A stretch of DNA of 64,000 nt from assembly GCA_963812155.1 (NCBI GenBank), contig CAWETW010000003.1:128001-192000 (forward strand), read 5' to 3'. A program made the position numbers and the translations under genes. Numbering within the stretch: the stretch's first letter is position 1; every line of letters begins with the position of its first letter. The notes below the pieces were generated by a model that did not search any database, was not told where the DNA came from, and saw only the letters and a list, made by a program, of their open reading frames with translations. Below, piece after piece: positions 50,985 to 60,942 of this stretch. This DNA comes from Vulcanimicrobiota bacterium. GTDB taxonomy: Bacteria; Vulcanimicrobiota; Vulcanimicrobiia; Vulcanimicrobiales; Vulcanimicrobiaceae.

Positions 50985-52504
50985 GTCGTCGCGGCGAGTT
51001 CTATGCGCGGGAAAAGCGCGCTGCCGGTAGCAATCCGGGTTCCGGGTTCGAGGCCGCCCCACGCTCGCAGAGCGGTCGACCAGTCGTCGTTCGGATTTCC
51101 GGCGGCTCCCAAACGGCGCCACATTTCTTCCATGCGCTCGGGCATCACCGGATGCAGCAGCATGGCCAGCCAGCGTAACCCTTCGCAGAGGTCGTAAAGC
51201 AGGGCGTCGAGTTCGTCGTCGCGGCCTTCCTTGGCGAGCGTCCACGGCTTGCGTTCGTCGATCGCCCGGTTGAGCGCGGTGACGAGTTCCCACGCCGCCT
51301 CGAGCGCTTCGCGAAAACGCAGGTCCAAAATGCGCTCGCGCACGAGCCCCGGCAAGCCGGCGAACCGCCGCGCAAGATCGCTATCGCCGCTGCGCTGAGG
51401 AACGATGCCGTCGCGATACTTCTGCATCATCGAAGCGGTGCGATGGAGCAGATTGCCGAGATCGTTGCCGAGATCGCTGTTGCGGCGTTGTGCGATCTTC
51501 TCTTCGGAATACGAGAAGTCGCTGCCGAACGGCGCTTCCCGCAGCAGAAAATAGCGCAGCGAATCCGCGCCGAAACGTTCGGCCAGCGCGAACGGATCGA
51601 CCGCGTTGCCGAGACTCTTTCCCATCTTTTGGCCGTCGACGGTAATCCAGCCGTGCGCGAAAACCAGTTCCGGCGCCGCTTCGCCGATCGACCACAGCAT
51701 TGCCGGCCAGACGATCGTGTGAAAACGCGCGATCTCTTTACCGATCAGTTGCGTTTGCGCGGGCCAGTAGCGCGCGAACTGAGTTGCGTCGGTCGACCAT
51801 CCGATCGCCGAGATGTAGTTGAGCAGCGCGTCGAACCACACGTAGACGACGCCGCCGCCGCCCGGTATCGGAATTCCCCACGCTAAGTTGGTCCGCGTAA
51901 TCGAGAGATCGTCGAGCCCTTCTTCGAGCAGCGACATCATCTCGTTGTAAACGCTCTTCGGACGCACCCACTGTGGATTCGTGCGAAAGTGCTCGATCAG
52001 CCGGTCGCGATACTTCGAAAGCCGAAAAAACCAGTCTTCTTCCGAGATTCTTACCACCTCGCGCCCGCAGGTCGGGCAGCGGCCGCCGACGAGCTTCGAC
52101 TCCGGCCAGAACGTCTCGTCGGAGACGCAGTACCAGCCTTCGTAGGTTCCGAGATAGACGTCGCCGTTCTCGCGCATGCGTTCGAAGACGGCCTGCACGA
52201 CGCGCTCGTGGCGCGGCTCCGTCGTTCGAATGAAGTCGTCGTTAGCGATGTGGTATGCAGCGAAAAGCGCTTTCCAGCGCGGCACCAAATCGTCGCACCA
52301 CTCCTGCGGCGTCTTGCCCGCGGCGGCAGCGGCGTTGGCGACTTTCTGACCGTGTTCGTCGGTGCCGGTCAGAAAGCGTGCGGGACCGCTGGTTCGAGCC
52401 GTGCGCGCCAACACGTCGGCGACGATTGTCGTATAGGCGTGCCCGATGTGCGGTTCGCCGCTGATGTAATAGATCGGCGTGGTGACGTAATAGGCCCGGG
52501 TCAT
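50981..52504 (-). CDS. metG: Methionine--tRNA ligase (short form)
   Basis: HIGH, TGTDEHG, YVWFDAL, KMGKSLGN. Confidence 0.96.
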   Translation of the reverse strand: MTRAYYVTTPIYYISGEPHIGHAYTTIVADVLARTARTSGPARFLTGTDEHGQKVANAAAAAGKTPQEWCDDLVPRWKALFAAYHIANDDFIRTTEPRHERVVQAVFERMRENGDVYLGTYEGWYCVSDETFWPESKLVGGRCPTCGREVVRISEEDWFFRLSKYRDRLIEHFRTNPQWVRPKSVYNEMMSLLEEGLDDLSITRTNLAWGIPIPGGGGVVYVWFDALLNYISAIGWSTDATQFARYWPAQTQLIGKEIARFHTIVWPAMLWSIGEAAPELVFAHGWITVDGQKMGKSLGNAVDPFALAERFGADSLRYFLLREAPFGSDFSYSEEKIAQRRNSDLGNDLGNLLHRTASMMQKYRDGIVPQRSGDSDLARRFAGLPGLVRERILDLRFREALEAAWELVTALNRAIDERKPWTLAKEGRDDELDALLYDLCEGLRWLAMLLHPVMPERMEEMWRRLGAAGNPNDDWSTALRAWGGLEPGTRIATGSALFPRIELAATT

Positions 52505-53358
52505 GGCCGTCGGCTTTCGGTGGATTCCTCGCGGCCCTTTCCGGATTTGCGCTCGGTGACGCGGGCGTAGAGTTCCGGCCGGCTCCCGAAGCCCGCGCGA
52601 GCAAGCGTTTTGGCGATGTCGCCGGCACGCCGGTTCTGCGCGAGCAGGGCGTCGATTGCGGCATCCGCGTCGAGGCCGGTTTCCGCGCGCTCGGCGCGAT
52701 AGGGCGCAATTGCGAAGGCGATTTCACCGCGAACCGGATCCGCGAGTTGCGCGGCCACTTCGTCGGGCCGCCCGAGCGCGTGCTGTTCGTGCAGCTTCGT
52801 ATATTCGCGCACGAGGAAGACGCGGGCGTCGGGCGCCACGGCCGCCAGGTCGCTCAGCGTTGCGCGAATTCGCTGCGGCGATTCGAACCAGACGCAGGTC
52901 GCGCTCTCGTCGAGTGCGTCGGCGAGCGCCTCCCGCCGCGCGCGCGTGGTGCGCGGAGGGAATCCTTCGAAACGGAAGCGCCGCAGCGGAAAGCCCGAAA
53001 GGGCCGCGACGCCGAACGCGGCGGTAGGACCGGGCAGCACTTCCACGGCAACGCCGGCCGCGCGCGCCGCCGTAACGAGCTCGGCCCCCGGGTCCGAGAT
53101 GCCGGGCATGCCGGCGTCGCAGGTCACGGCGACCAGCCCGGAGCGGGCCGCCTCGAGTATCCGGCCGGTCATTGCGGCTGCGTTCTGCTCGCGATAGCCG
53201 ATCAGTTGGCGGCCCGCAATCCCAAGCGCCGCCAGCAGCCGGCGCGCCACGCGCGTATCTTCGGCGACGATCGCATCGGCTTCGCGTAAGACGTCCAGCG
53301 CGCGCAGCGTTACGTCGCGCAGATTTCCCAACGGCGTCGGCACGAGAACCAGCGGCAT
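52501..53358 (-). CDS. rsmI: 16S rRNA (cytidine-1402-2'-O)-methyltransferase
   Basis: PTPLGNLRD, AEDTR, DAGMPGISDPG, FESPQR, REYTKLHE. Confidence 0.94.
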   Translation of the reverse strand: MPLVLVPTPLGNLRDVTLRALDVLREADAIVAEDTRVARRLLAALGIAGRQLIGYREQNAAAMTGRILEAARSGLVAVTCDAGMPGISDPGAELVTAARAAGVAVEVLPGPTAAFGVAALSGFPLRRFRFEGFPPRTTRARREALADALDESATCVWFESPQRIRATLSDLAAVAPDARVFLVREYTKLHEQHALGRPDEVAAQLADPVRGEIAFAIAPYRAERAETGLDADAAIDALLAQNRRAGDIAKTLARAGFGSRPELYARVTERKSGKGREESTESRRP

Positions 53359-53408
53359 CCGCGGGGCTTCGACACGGGTTTGCCTGCGCCGCCTGGAAGA
53401 CTCCGCAA

Positions 53409-53675
53409 ATGAAGATTAACGTCGAGCGCATCCCGCCCCACAGCCATGTCGACCTCTACGTTTCACCCTCATGCCCGTACTGCCGCGCCGCGATCGCGCA
53501 CTACGATGCCGCCGGCACGGATTACGTCGTGCACGACGCGCAGAACGACGCGGCCGCGCGGCGCACGATGTTCGGCTATACCAACGGCGACCCGACCGTG
53601 CCGGCAATCGTCGTCGACGGAGCGTACGTTCAGTCCGGCTGGGGCTCGCCGCCGCGCGGTTGAACCGTTCACTGA
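53409..53675 (+). CDS. Glutaredoxin-like selenoprotein (CPYC; Sec at TGA 53661-53663)
   Basis: MKINVERIP...CPYC...TVP...GWGSPPRG-TGA-TVH-TGA, followed by a SECIS-like hairpin with the same spacing as in FDH. Confidence 0.75.
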
Positions 53676-53694
53676 GCGCACGGTCCGTGCGTGA
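53661..53694 (+). promoter_or_regulatory. UGA plus SECIS-like hairpin of the glutaredoxin
   Basis: TGA-ACCGTTCACTGAG-CGCACG-GTC-CGTGCG; GGTC starts 18 nt after the UGA. Confidence 0.7.
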
Positions 53695-53770
53695 TGAAGG
53701 GAATGGCAGCCGCGGCTGCGCACTCGAGGTTCCTTAGGCTACTCCCTCTGATGAACGTGGAGGCTTTTGC

Positions 53771-54109
53771 ATGAACGCGAGCGACACCGCTGCAGCCGGC
53801 TTGGCGAGCGGTATCATCCTCTTTGCCGTAATCGTCGGGTGCGCGATTACGGTCTTCTACGTCTGGGTTTTCTGGCGCGTCTTCGCCAAAACCGGAATGA
53901 ACGGCGCCCTCGGTTTGATCTGCCTGATCCCGATCGGACCGCTGATCTGCATGTTGATTCTGGCTTTCACGCGTTGGCCGCTCGAGGACGCACTGGCCGC
54001 GCACGGCGGCAGCATGCCGCAATCCCCGTACACGCCGCCTTCGCCGCCGCCGCCCCCGCCTCCGCAGTTGGGATCGCAGCCGCCGGGCAGCACGATTACG
54101 CCGACTTAG
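53771..54109 (+). CDS. Small membrane protein with a Pro-rich tail
   Basis: GGAGG SD; WRVFAKTG...LICLIP pattern; poly-Pro C-terminus. Confidence 0.75.
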   Translation: MNASDTAAAGLASGIILFAVIVGCAITVFYVWVFWRVFAKTGMNGALGLICLIPIGPLICMLILAFTRWPLEDALAAHGGSMPQSPYTPPSPPPPPPPQLGSQPPGSTITPT

Positions 54110-55551
54110 CCTTCCTCAGAGCGCACGGCGGCAATCCAGCGTTCGACGTCGGACGCCTGCGACGGCAGCGCCGCCGATAAGTTTTCGGCGCTGCCCGTCG
54201 TGACCGCGACGTCGTCTTCAATGCGCACGCCGATGCCGCGAAAGCGCTCCGGCACGGTGGCGTCGTCGGGCTGGAGGTAAATGCCCGGTTCGACGGTGAG
54301 CACCATGCCCGGTCGAAGCGTTCCGTAACGGTACGCCTCCGCGCGTGCGCGGGCGCAATCGTGCACGTCGATGCCGAGCATATGGCTGACGTTGTGCAGC
54401 GTATAGCGGCGGAAGAACTCGTTGGACGGATCGAGCGCTTCGTCGAGCGAGACGTTGAGGATGCCGAGATCGATGAGCCCTTCGGCCAGCACCCGCATCG
54501 CGCGCCGGTTCGGTTCGAGAAAATCGTTACCCGCAACGGCGGCCGCGATTCCCTCGCGTTGCGCCTGCCACACGAGGTCGTACACGGCGCGCTGCTCGGG
54601 CGAAAACGTTCCGGAAACCGGAAGCGTGCGCGTGACGTCGGCCGTGTAGAGCGAGTTCCGCTCGACCCCGGCGTCGAGAAGCAACAAGCCGTCGCCCGCG
54701 AGGGTCCCGTCGTTGCGCGTCCAGTGCAGCGTGCACGCGTGCTCGCCGGAAGCGGCGATCGTCAAGTAGCCGACGTCGTTGGCGTCGATACGGGCGCGGC
54801 TGGAAAACGCCGCCTCGATTTCTCGTTCGCTCGCGCCCGGTTTCATCACGCGGATAACCGCTTCGAAGCCGGTTTTGGTGAGCGCGCAGGCGGCTCGCAG
54901 CTCGTCGAGTTCGTAGTCGTCTTTCACCAAGCGCATCTCGGCGAGGTGGGTTGCGAGCTCGGCATCGCGGCCGGCTTGCGCCAACGCCGCGTCGACCGCG
55001 TCGTCGGCGTTGCGCACCAGCGCGTGCGCCGCCGTGGTTGCCGCGACGGCTCCGAGATACGCAGCGCGATCGCGCAGCGGACGGCACTCGTCGACGCCGT
55101 AGTACGCGGCGCTCTCTTCTACGCCGCGATGACGTCCGACCCAAAGTTCTCCGACCGCGCGGTCGGTAAAAAACGCTCGCGTGCCGCGATTGTGTTCGCG
55201 TACGAACAGCACCGTCCGGTGACCCGCGCCCTGCGGTTCGAGAACGAGCAGCGCGTCGGGTTCGCCGTCACCCATGAGGTACGCAAAATCGCTGCTGGGA
55301 CGAAAGCGGAAATACGTGTCGTTCGCGCGCACGCGCTCCCGCCCGCAGGGAATCAGGACGTACGCGCCGCGATACGCGTGCGAGAGCGCCGCCCGGCGCG
55401 CTCGATGACGCTCGAGCTGCGGATGCGGACGCAGATCCGGGGAACGATCGAGCCAGCCGCCGGCCATGAACGCCTCGAGGGCGGCGGGCGTTTCGGAGTC
55501 GTGGCCGGTCCGCTGCGGCGCGGACGGTTCGGCAATACCTTCGCTCGACAT
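54106..55551 (-). CDS. pepP: Xaa-Pro aminopeptidase (M24B)
   Basis: FRPSSDF, CTLHW, LLDAG, YTADVTRT, SHMLGIDVHD, TVEPG, GVRIEDD. Confidence 0.92.
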   Translation of the reverse strand: MSSEGIAEPSAPQRTGHDSETPAALEAFMAGGWLDRSPDLRPHPQLERHRARRAALSHAYRGAYVLIPCGRERVRANDTYFRFRPSSDFAYLMGDGEPDALLVLEPQGAGHRTVLFVREHNRGTRAFFTDRAVGELWVGRHRGVEESAAYYGVDECRPLRDRAAYLGAVAATTAAHALVRNADDAVDAALAQAGRDAELATHLAEMRLVKDDYELDELRAACALTKTGFEAVIRVMKPGASEREIEAAFSSRARIDANDVGYLTIAASGEHACTLHWTRNDGTLAGDGLLLLDAGVERNSLYTADVTRTLPVSGTFSPEQRAVYDLVWQAQREGIAAAVAGNDFLEPNRRAMRVLAEGLIDLGILNVSLDEALDPSNEFFRRYTLHNVSHMLGIDVHDCARARAEAYRYGTLRPGMVLTVEPGIYLQPDDATVPERFRGIGVRIEDDVAVTTGSAENLSAALPSQASDVERWIAAVRSEEG

Positions 55552-55641
55552 GATGCCTGCAGCTTCGCGCCCAGTAGAAGCCGCTCCGCTCGCGCGAGGA
55601 ACCGGCAGCGGGCGGCGAGGCGATGGTCGAAACGCCTGGCG

Positions 55642-56019
55642 ATGAGCGACTTGAAGATCGAGGTGCGGGCGAACGATACGCTCGCCAACGAACGAACGTT
55701 TCTCGCCTACGCGCGCACGGCGCTGGCGTTCATCGCGTTCGGCTTCGTCATCGCCCGCTTTGCATTGTTCGCGCGCGAGTTGTCGGTGCTGGTGCACTCG
55801 AGCCACGGCAGCGAGACCATCTCGATGGCGTTCGGAACCGGGATGGCGGTCTTCGGCATCGCCATTGCGATCTTGGGCGCGTGGCGTTATGCCGTGACCG
55901 ATCGCGGATTGCGCCGGGGCGTCGTCGAGCGGCTCTCGGTCACGGGCGGCTACGTGCTCGCGCTCGTCATCGCGGCCATCGGCGTCGTCGTAGCGATCGC
56001 GCTGCTGGGGTATCGCTAA
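55642..56019 (+). CDS. DUF202 (YidH-like) membrane protein
   Basis: LANERTFLAYARTAL plus three TM segments. Confidence 0.9.
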   Translation: MSDLKIEVRANDTLANERTFLAYARTALAFIAFGFVIARFALFARELSVLVHSSHGSETISMAFGTGMAVFGIAIAILGAWRYAVTDRGLRRGVVERLSVTGGYVLALVIAAIGVVVAIALLGYR

Positions 56020-56894
56020 GAGCCTACGTCCAAGCCGAAATCGAGTGCCGGAGCGCTGTGCGTGAGCCAGCCGGCACTGACGACGTTCACACCGCTGTGC
56101 GCGATGGCAACGATCGTGTCGGGCGTGACGCCGCCGCTGGCTTCGGTAAGCACGCGTCCGCCGACGAGCCGTACCGCGTGGCCGAGTTGTTCGGGCGTCA
56201 TGTTGTCGAGCAGAACCGCATCGATCGGTTCGTCGAGTGCCTCGCGCAGCTGTTCGAGCGTATCCACTTCGACCTCCACCTTCACGGTGTGTCCCACGCG
56301 CGCGCGCACCGCCGCCACCGCGGCGTGAATCGATCCGGCGATCGCCAAGTGATTGTCTTTGACGAGCACCGCGTCGTCCAAGCCGAACCGGTGGTTGTCG
56401 CCGCCGCCGCAGCGCACGGCGTATTTCTCGAGCGCGCGCAAGCCGGGGGTCGTTTTGCGCGTGTCGGCCACGCGAGTGCGCGTGCCGGCGAGGAGGTCGA
56501 CGAGCGCGCGGGTCGCGGTTGCAATTCCCGAGAGCCGGCAGAGAAAATTGAGCACGGTACGTTCGCCGGTGAGAATCGTTCGCGCGCGGCCACGAATTTC
56601 CGCGACGGATTCGCCGGCCGCGACCGCGTCGCCGTCGGCGGCTGCCGGAACGCACTCGACGGCATCGTCGAGCAAGCGAAATGCGAGGAACGCCGGTTCG
56701 AGGCCGGCGACGACGCCCGCCTTGCGCGCGACGATGCGCGCGCGTGCCTGCGTGTTGCCGGGCACGATCGCGTCGGTCGTCAAATCGCCGCCGCGGCCGA
56801 TATCCTCGAGCAGCGCGGCGCGCACGAGCGGTTCGACGGCGAAGCGAACGAGTTCAGACAACGCCGGCAAACCGGGTGAACGAGCGTTTTGCAA
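56016..56894 (-). CDS. nadC: Nicotinate-nucleotide diphosphorylase (carboxylating)
   Basis: ED..GDLTT, ERTVLN, DTRKTTPG, HRFGL, KDNH, EVEVD, LLDN, EASGG. Confidence 0.95.
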   Translation of the reverse strand: MQNARSPGLPALSELVRFAVEPLVRAALLEDIGRGGDLTTDAIVPGNTQARARIVARKAGVVAGLEPAFLAFRLLDDAVECVPAAADGDAVAAGESVAEIRGRARTILTGERTVLNFLCRLSGIATATRALVDLLAGTRTRVADTRKTTPGLRALEKYAVRCGGGDNHRFGLDDAVLVKDNHLAIAGSIHAAVAAVRARVGHTVKVEVEVDTLEQLREALDEPIDAVLLDNMTPEQLGHAVRLVGGRVLTEASGGVTPDTIVAIAHSGVNVVSAGWLTHSAPALDFGLDVGS

Positions 56895-58383
56895 GCGCCT
56901 CGTCGGCTTCGGCGAAGTCGCTGCGAAAGTGGCTGCCGCGGCTCTCGTGGCGCGCCAGCGCTGCTTCGGCGACGAGCCGTCCGACGACGAGCAGATTGCG
57001 CAGATCGCCTTCCGCGCCGGCGAACGTTTCCTCGAGTTCGCGAATGCGCGCGAGCGCTTCGCGCAGGGCGCGTTCGTGGCGGACGAGCCCGACGTTGGTG
57101 TACATCACGTTGCGCAGGTCGCTGATCGCTTGCGCGGCGCCGCCGGAAGCGCCTGCAGGCGCGTCGTAGGCGAATCGTTTCGGTCGAACGCGCGCCTCGG
57201 CATTGGCGACGTCGGACGCGACGCGCGATCCGTAGACGAGCGCCTCGAGCAGCGAATTGCTCGCGAGGCGGTTGGCGCCGTGCACGCCGGTTGCGCTCGT
57301 CTCGCCGCACGCCCACAAACGTGAAAGCGTGGTGCGTCCCCACTCGTCCACCGCGACGCCGCCCATGTGATAGTGTGCCGCCGGAGCGACCGGAATGTTC
57401 TGCACGCGCGGATCGATGCCGGCCGACATGCAAAATCCGAAGACCGTCGGAAACTCGTGGGGAAAGCGCGCGCCGATAGCGTCGCGCGCATCGAGACCGA
57501 CGGTGCGCCCGCGCTGCATTTGCTCGAAGATTGCGCGCGCAACGACGTCGCGCGGAGCCAGTTCGGCGTCCGGATGAACGTCGGTCATGAACCGTTCGCC
57601 GAGATCGTTGACGAGCATCGCACCTTCGCCGCGCACCGCCTCGGTGACGAGCGGCATTGGATCGCGTCCGATTGCCAGCGCCGTCGGATGGAACTGCACG
57701 AACTCCATGTCGGCGAGCAGCGCGCCGGCTCGCGCCGCCATCGCGATGCCGTCACCGGTCGCCTGCACCGGATTGGTCGTATAGCGGTAGAGGCGGCCGA
57801 TGCCGCCGGTCGCAAGCACCACCGCACCGGCGCTGAATGCGACGGTCGAACCCGATCGCGTCGTCGCGGCCGTAGACGCCGAGCACGGCATCGTCTTCTA
57901 CGATGAGATCGAGCGCGGTCACATTCTCGACAATCGTCGATCGACGGCTGCGCTTCGACGGCTTCGATCAGCGTGCGTGAGAATGTCGTGGCCGGTGGCG
58001 TCGCCGCCCGCCTTGACGATGCGGCGGCGCTGGTGCGCCGCTTCGCGCCCGAGCGCGAGTTCGCCGGCATCGTCTGCGATCGAATGCCGCGCCGAGTTCG
58101 AGCAATTCTTCGATCCGCGCCGGCGCGTCGTCCGTGAGAATTTCGACGATCGTCTCGTCGCTGATGCCGGCGCCGGCACGTTGCGTGTCGATCGCGTGCA
58201 GCGTCGGCGAATCGTCCTTGCCCATCGCCGCCGCGATGCCGCCCTGCGCCCAATCGGTGGCCGCGCCGATTCCGAGCCGCGTCTTGCACAGCACGGTCAC
58301 GCGCATCGGTACCAGTTTCAGCGCGGCCATCAGACCGGCGATGCCGGCGCCGACGACGATCGCGTCGCTGTGACGTCTTCCAT
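56854..58383 (-). CDS. nadB: L-aspartate oxidase (several frameshifts)
   Basis: VVGAGIAG, WAQGGIAA, REAAH, LATGG, QFHPT, EAVRGEG, AHYHMGG, HGANRLASNSLLE across frames. Confidence 0.88.
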
Positions 58384-58394
58384 CAATCGAAGGA

Positions 58395-59442
58395 CTAGTC
58401 GCGCGGCTGCAGGCTGAAGCTCGAGCATGCGCTCGACCGATCGGCGCGCGCGTTCGGCAACCTCCGGCGCGATCGGTCACTTCGTACTCCATCGCTTCGA
58501 GCGAATGCAGCATCTTCGGCAGCGTGTTGCGTTTCATGTGCGGACAGAGATTGCACGGCCGCACGAACTCGACGTTCGGATAGCGCGCCGCGACGTTGTC
58601 GGCCATCGAACACTCGGTCATCAGCAGCACGCGCGATGCGCTGCTCGGCTCTGCGATGCCGCGTTCAGCGTGCCGACGTACTCGATCATGCCTTGCGTCG
58701 AGCCGATGTAGTCGGCTTCGGCGAGCACGTCGGGCGGACATTCGGGATGCGCGATCACGATCAAGCCGCGGATCGTCTTCGGCGAAAGCGGCGGATGTCG
58801 TCGCCGGTGAAGCGCTCGTGCACTTCGCAGTGGCCCTTCCACGCGACGATTTCGACGTCGGTTTTCGACGCGACGTACTTCGGCGAGATACTCGTCCGGA
58901 AGAAAGATTACGTGTCGGAACGCCGAGCGATTCGACGATCTGCACCGCGTTGCCGCTGGTGACGCAGACGTCGGATTCGGCTTTTACTTCCGCCGACGTA
59001 TTGACGTACGTAACGACCGGAACGCCGGGATACGTTTCGCGCAGCAGGCGCACGTCGGCTCCGGTGATCGACTCGGCGAGCGAACAGCCGGCTTTCAGAT
59101 CCGGGCACGAGCACGGTCTTGCCCGGATTGACGAGTTTCGCGGTTTCCGCCATGAAGTGGACGCCGCACAGCACGATAACGTCGGCGTCGGTTTCGCGCG
59201 GCCTGCATCGCCAGCGCCAGCGAGTCGCCGACGATGTCGGCGACGGTGTAGAAAATCTCCGGAACCTGATAGTTGTGCGCCAGGATGACGGCGTTGCGCT
59301 CGCGCTTGAGTCGGTTGATCGCGGCGACGTAGGGCGCGTGCAGCGGCCATTCGACTCGGGGAATGACGTGCGCGACGCGCTCGAAGATCGGATCGGTTTC
59401 GGCCGCGACGTCGGGCGTGTAGGGAAGATCGAGGACGCTCAT
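58395..59442 (-). CDS. nadA: Quinolinate synthase (several frameshifts)
   Basis: [43 protein letters not shown] across frames. Confidence 0.88.
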
Positions 59443-59580
59443 CGGGTGCGGTTCTGGGTTGCGGCAGCGCGGGCGGCGGCCCTGCTCGCAGCGAGCGGCC
59501 GCCCGTCGCGTGTTGCGGCCTGCCCGGAGGGTACGAGAGTTACTGGAGACACACTCGAAAGCCAATCGTAGGAGGATTTC

Positions 59581-59712
59581 ATGAGCCGATGGTTTGCCGG
59601 CCTCGCCTTGGCGGGCATGGTCGTGCTCGGCGCAAGCGCAATCGGGGCCACGGCACAGCCCTACCCGTCGCCTTCGCCCTCGCCGTCTTCAACGCCGACG
59701 ATGCAGCCGTAA
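59581..59712 (+). CDS. 43-aa secreted Pro/Ser-rich peptide (below ORF-track cutoff)
   Basis: [51 protein letters not shown]; followed by its own terminator. Confidence 0.7.
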   Translation: MSRWFAGLALAGMVVLGASAIGATAQPYPSPSPSPSSTPTMQP

Positions 59713-59736
59713 GGCACGCTTTCCCCGGGGATCCGC

Positions 59737-59769
59737 GATCGCACCGCCCAGGCGGTGCGATCTCTTTTT
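59737..59769 (+). terminator. Intrinsic terminator
   Basis: GATCGCACCGCC-ca-GGCGGTGCGATC followed by TCTTTTT. Confidence 0.8.
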
Positions 59770-59902
59770 GTGACCCAGGTCAAAAAAAATCGTTCGAGTC
59801 GCCAGGAAAGAAGATTGCAGTCACTAATCGTGGGCCCTGAAGGTGACTGAAGTTACCTTTGCCTGGCTACCGTCTCGAGCCTTTAAGGAGCCTCCCACGA
59901 CC

Positions 59903-60931
59903 ATGCACCGGCCTCGGAACATCCTCGCCCTCTTCACGGCGGCTACCCTCCTATTCGGCGCCGGCCTTCCATCGAAGACCAACGCCGCCGGGACGCTGAC
60001 GATATTGAACGTCTCGTTCGACCCGACGCGCGAACTCTACAACGACTTCAACGCACAGTTCGTCAAGTTTTGGCGTGCCAAATCGGGACAGACCGTCAAC
60101 GTCGAGCAATCCAACGGCGGCTCCGGCAAACAGGCACGGGCCGTGATCGACGGCCTTCAGGCCGACGTCGTCACGCTGGCGCTCGCCTACGACGTCGACG
60201 CCATCGCGCAGAACGCGAAACTGTTGCCGGAGAACTGGCAATCGCGTTTGCCCGACAACAGCGCTCCCTACACGTCGACGATCGTCTTTCTGGTGCGCAA
60301 AGGCAATCCGAAGAAAATCCACGACTGGAACGACCTCATCAAACCCGGCGTTTCGGTGATCATGCCCAATCCCAAAACGTCCGGCGGAGCGCGCTGGAAC
60401 TTTTTGGCGGCGTGGGCATACGCGCTGAAGCGTCCCGGCGGGAACCCAGGGCGCGCGCGCGATTTCGTCGCGAGGCTCTACAAAAACGTGCCCGTGCTCG
60501 ACTCAGGCGCGCGCGGTTCGACGACGACGTTCGTCGAGCGCGGCTTGGGCGACGTGCTCGTTGGTTGGGAAAGCGACGCCCTGCTCGCGACGCACACGCT
60601 CGGCCCGCAGAAATTTGAAATGGTCATTCCGTCGCTGAGCATTCTTGCGGAGCCGTCGGTTGCGCTCGTGGATAAAGTGGCCGACGCGAAAGGAACCCGC
60701 GCGGTGGCGCAAGCGTACCTCCAGTATCTCTACACTCCGCAAGGGCAAGAGATCATCGCTCGCCATTTCTTCCGTCCGCGGCTGGCGTCGGTGACGAAAC
60801 GCTACGCGTCGACGTTCGCAAACGTCAAAACCGTGACCGTCGACAAGACGTTCGGCGGCTGGCAGAACGCGCAAAAAACGTACTTCGCCGATGGCGGTAT
60901 CTTCGACCAAATCTATCAACCGAGTCAGTAG
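59903..60931 (+). CDS. sbp: Sulfate ABC transporter substrate-binding protein
   Basis: [48 protein letters not shown]. Confidence 0.95.
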   Translation: MHRPRNILALFTAATLLFGAGLPSKTNAAGTLTILNVSFDPTRELYNDFNAQFVKFWRAKSGQTVNVEQSNGGSGKQARAVIDGLQADVVTLALAYDVDAIAQNAKLLPENWQSRLPDNSAPYTSTIVFLVRKGNPKKIHDWNDLIKPGVSVIMPNPKTSGGARWNFLAAWAYALKRPGGNPGRARDFVARLYKNVPVLDSGARGSTTTFVERGLGDVLVGWESDALLATHTLGPQKFEMVIPSLSILAEPSVALVDKVADAKGTRAVAQAYLQYLYTPQGQEIIARHFFRPRLASVTKRYASTFANVKTVTVDKTFGGWQNAQKTYFADGGIFDQIYQPSQ

Positions 60932-60942
60932 AAAAAGACGTC

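Noticed and set aside
54106..56655. Long N-terminal extensions of pepP, prenyl synthase (46972-48822), hemL, DUF92 and MT-A70 in the ORF track
   Set aside because: The extensions are Arg-rich off-frame or antisense readings of neighbouring genes, typical of high-GC DNA.
56854..59442. nadA/nadB and ilvE as true pseudogenes or programmed frameshifts
   Set aside because: The indels are dense, regionally clustered and without consistent slippery sites, while catalytic motifs are intact; consensus error is more parsimonious.
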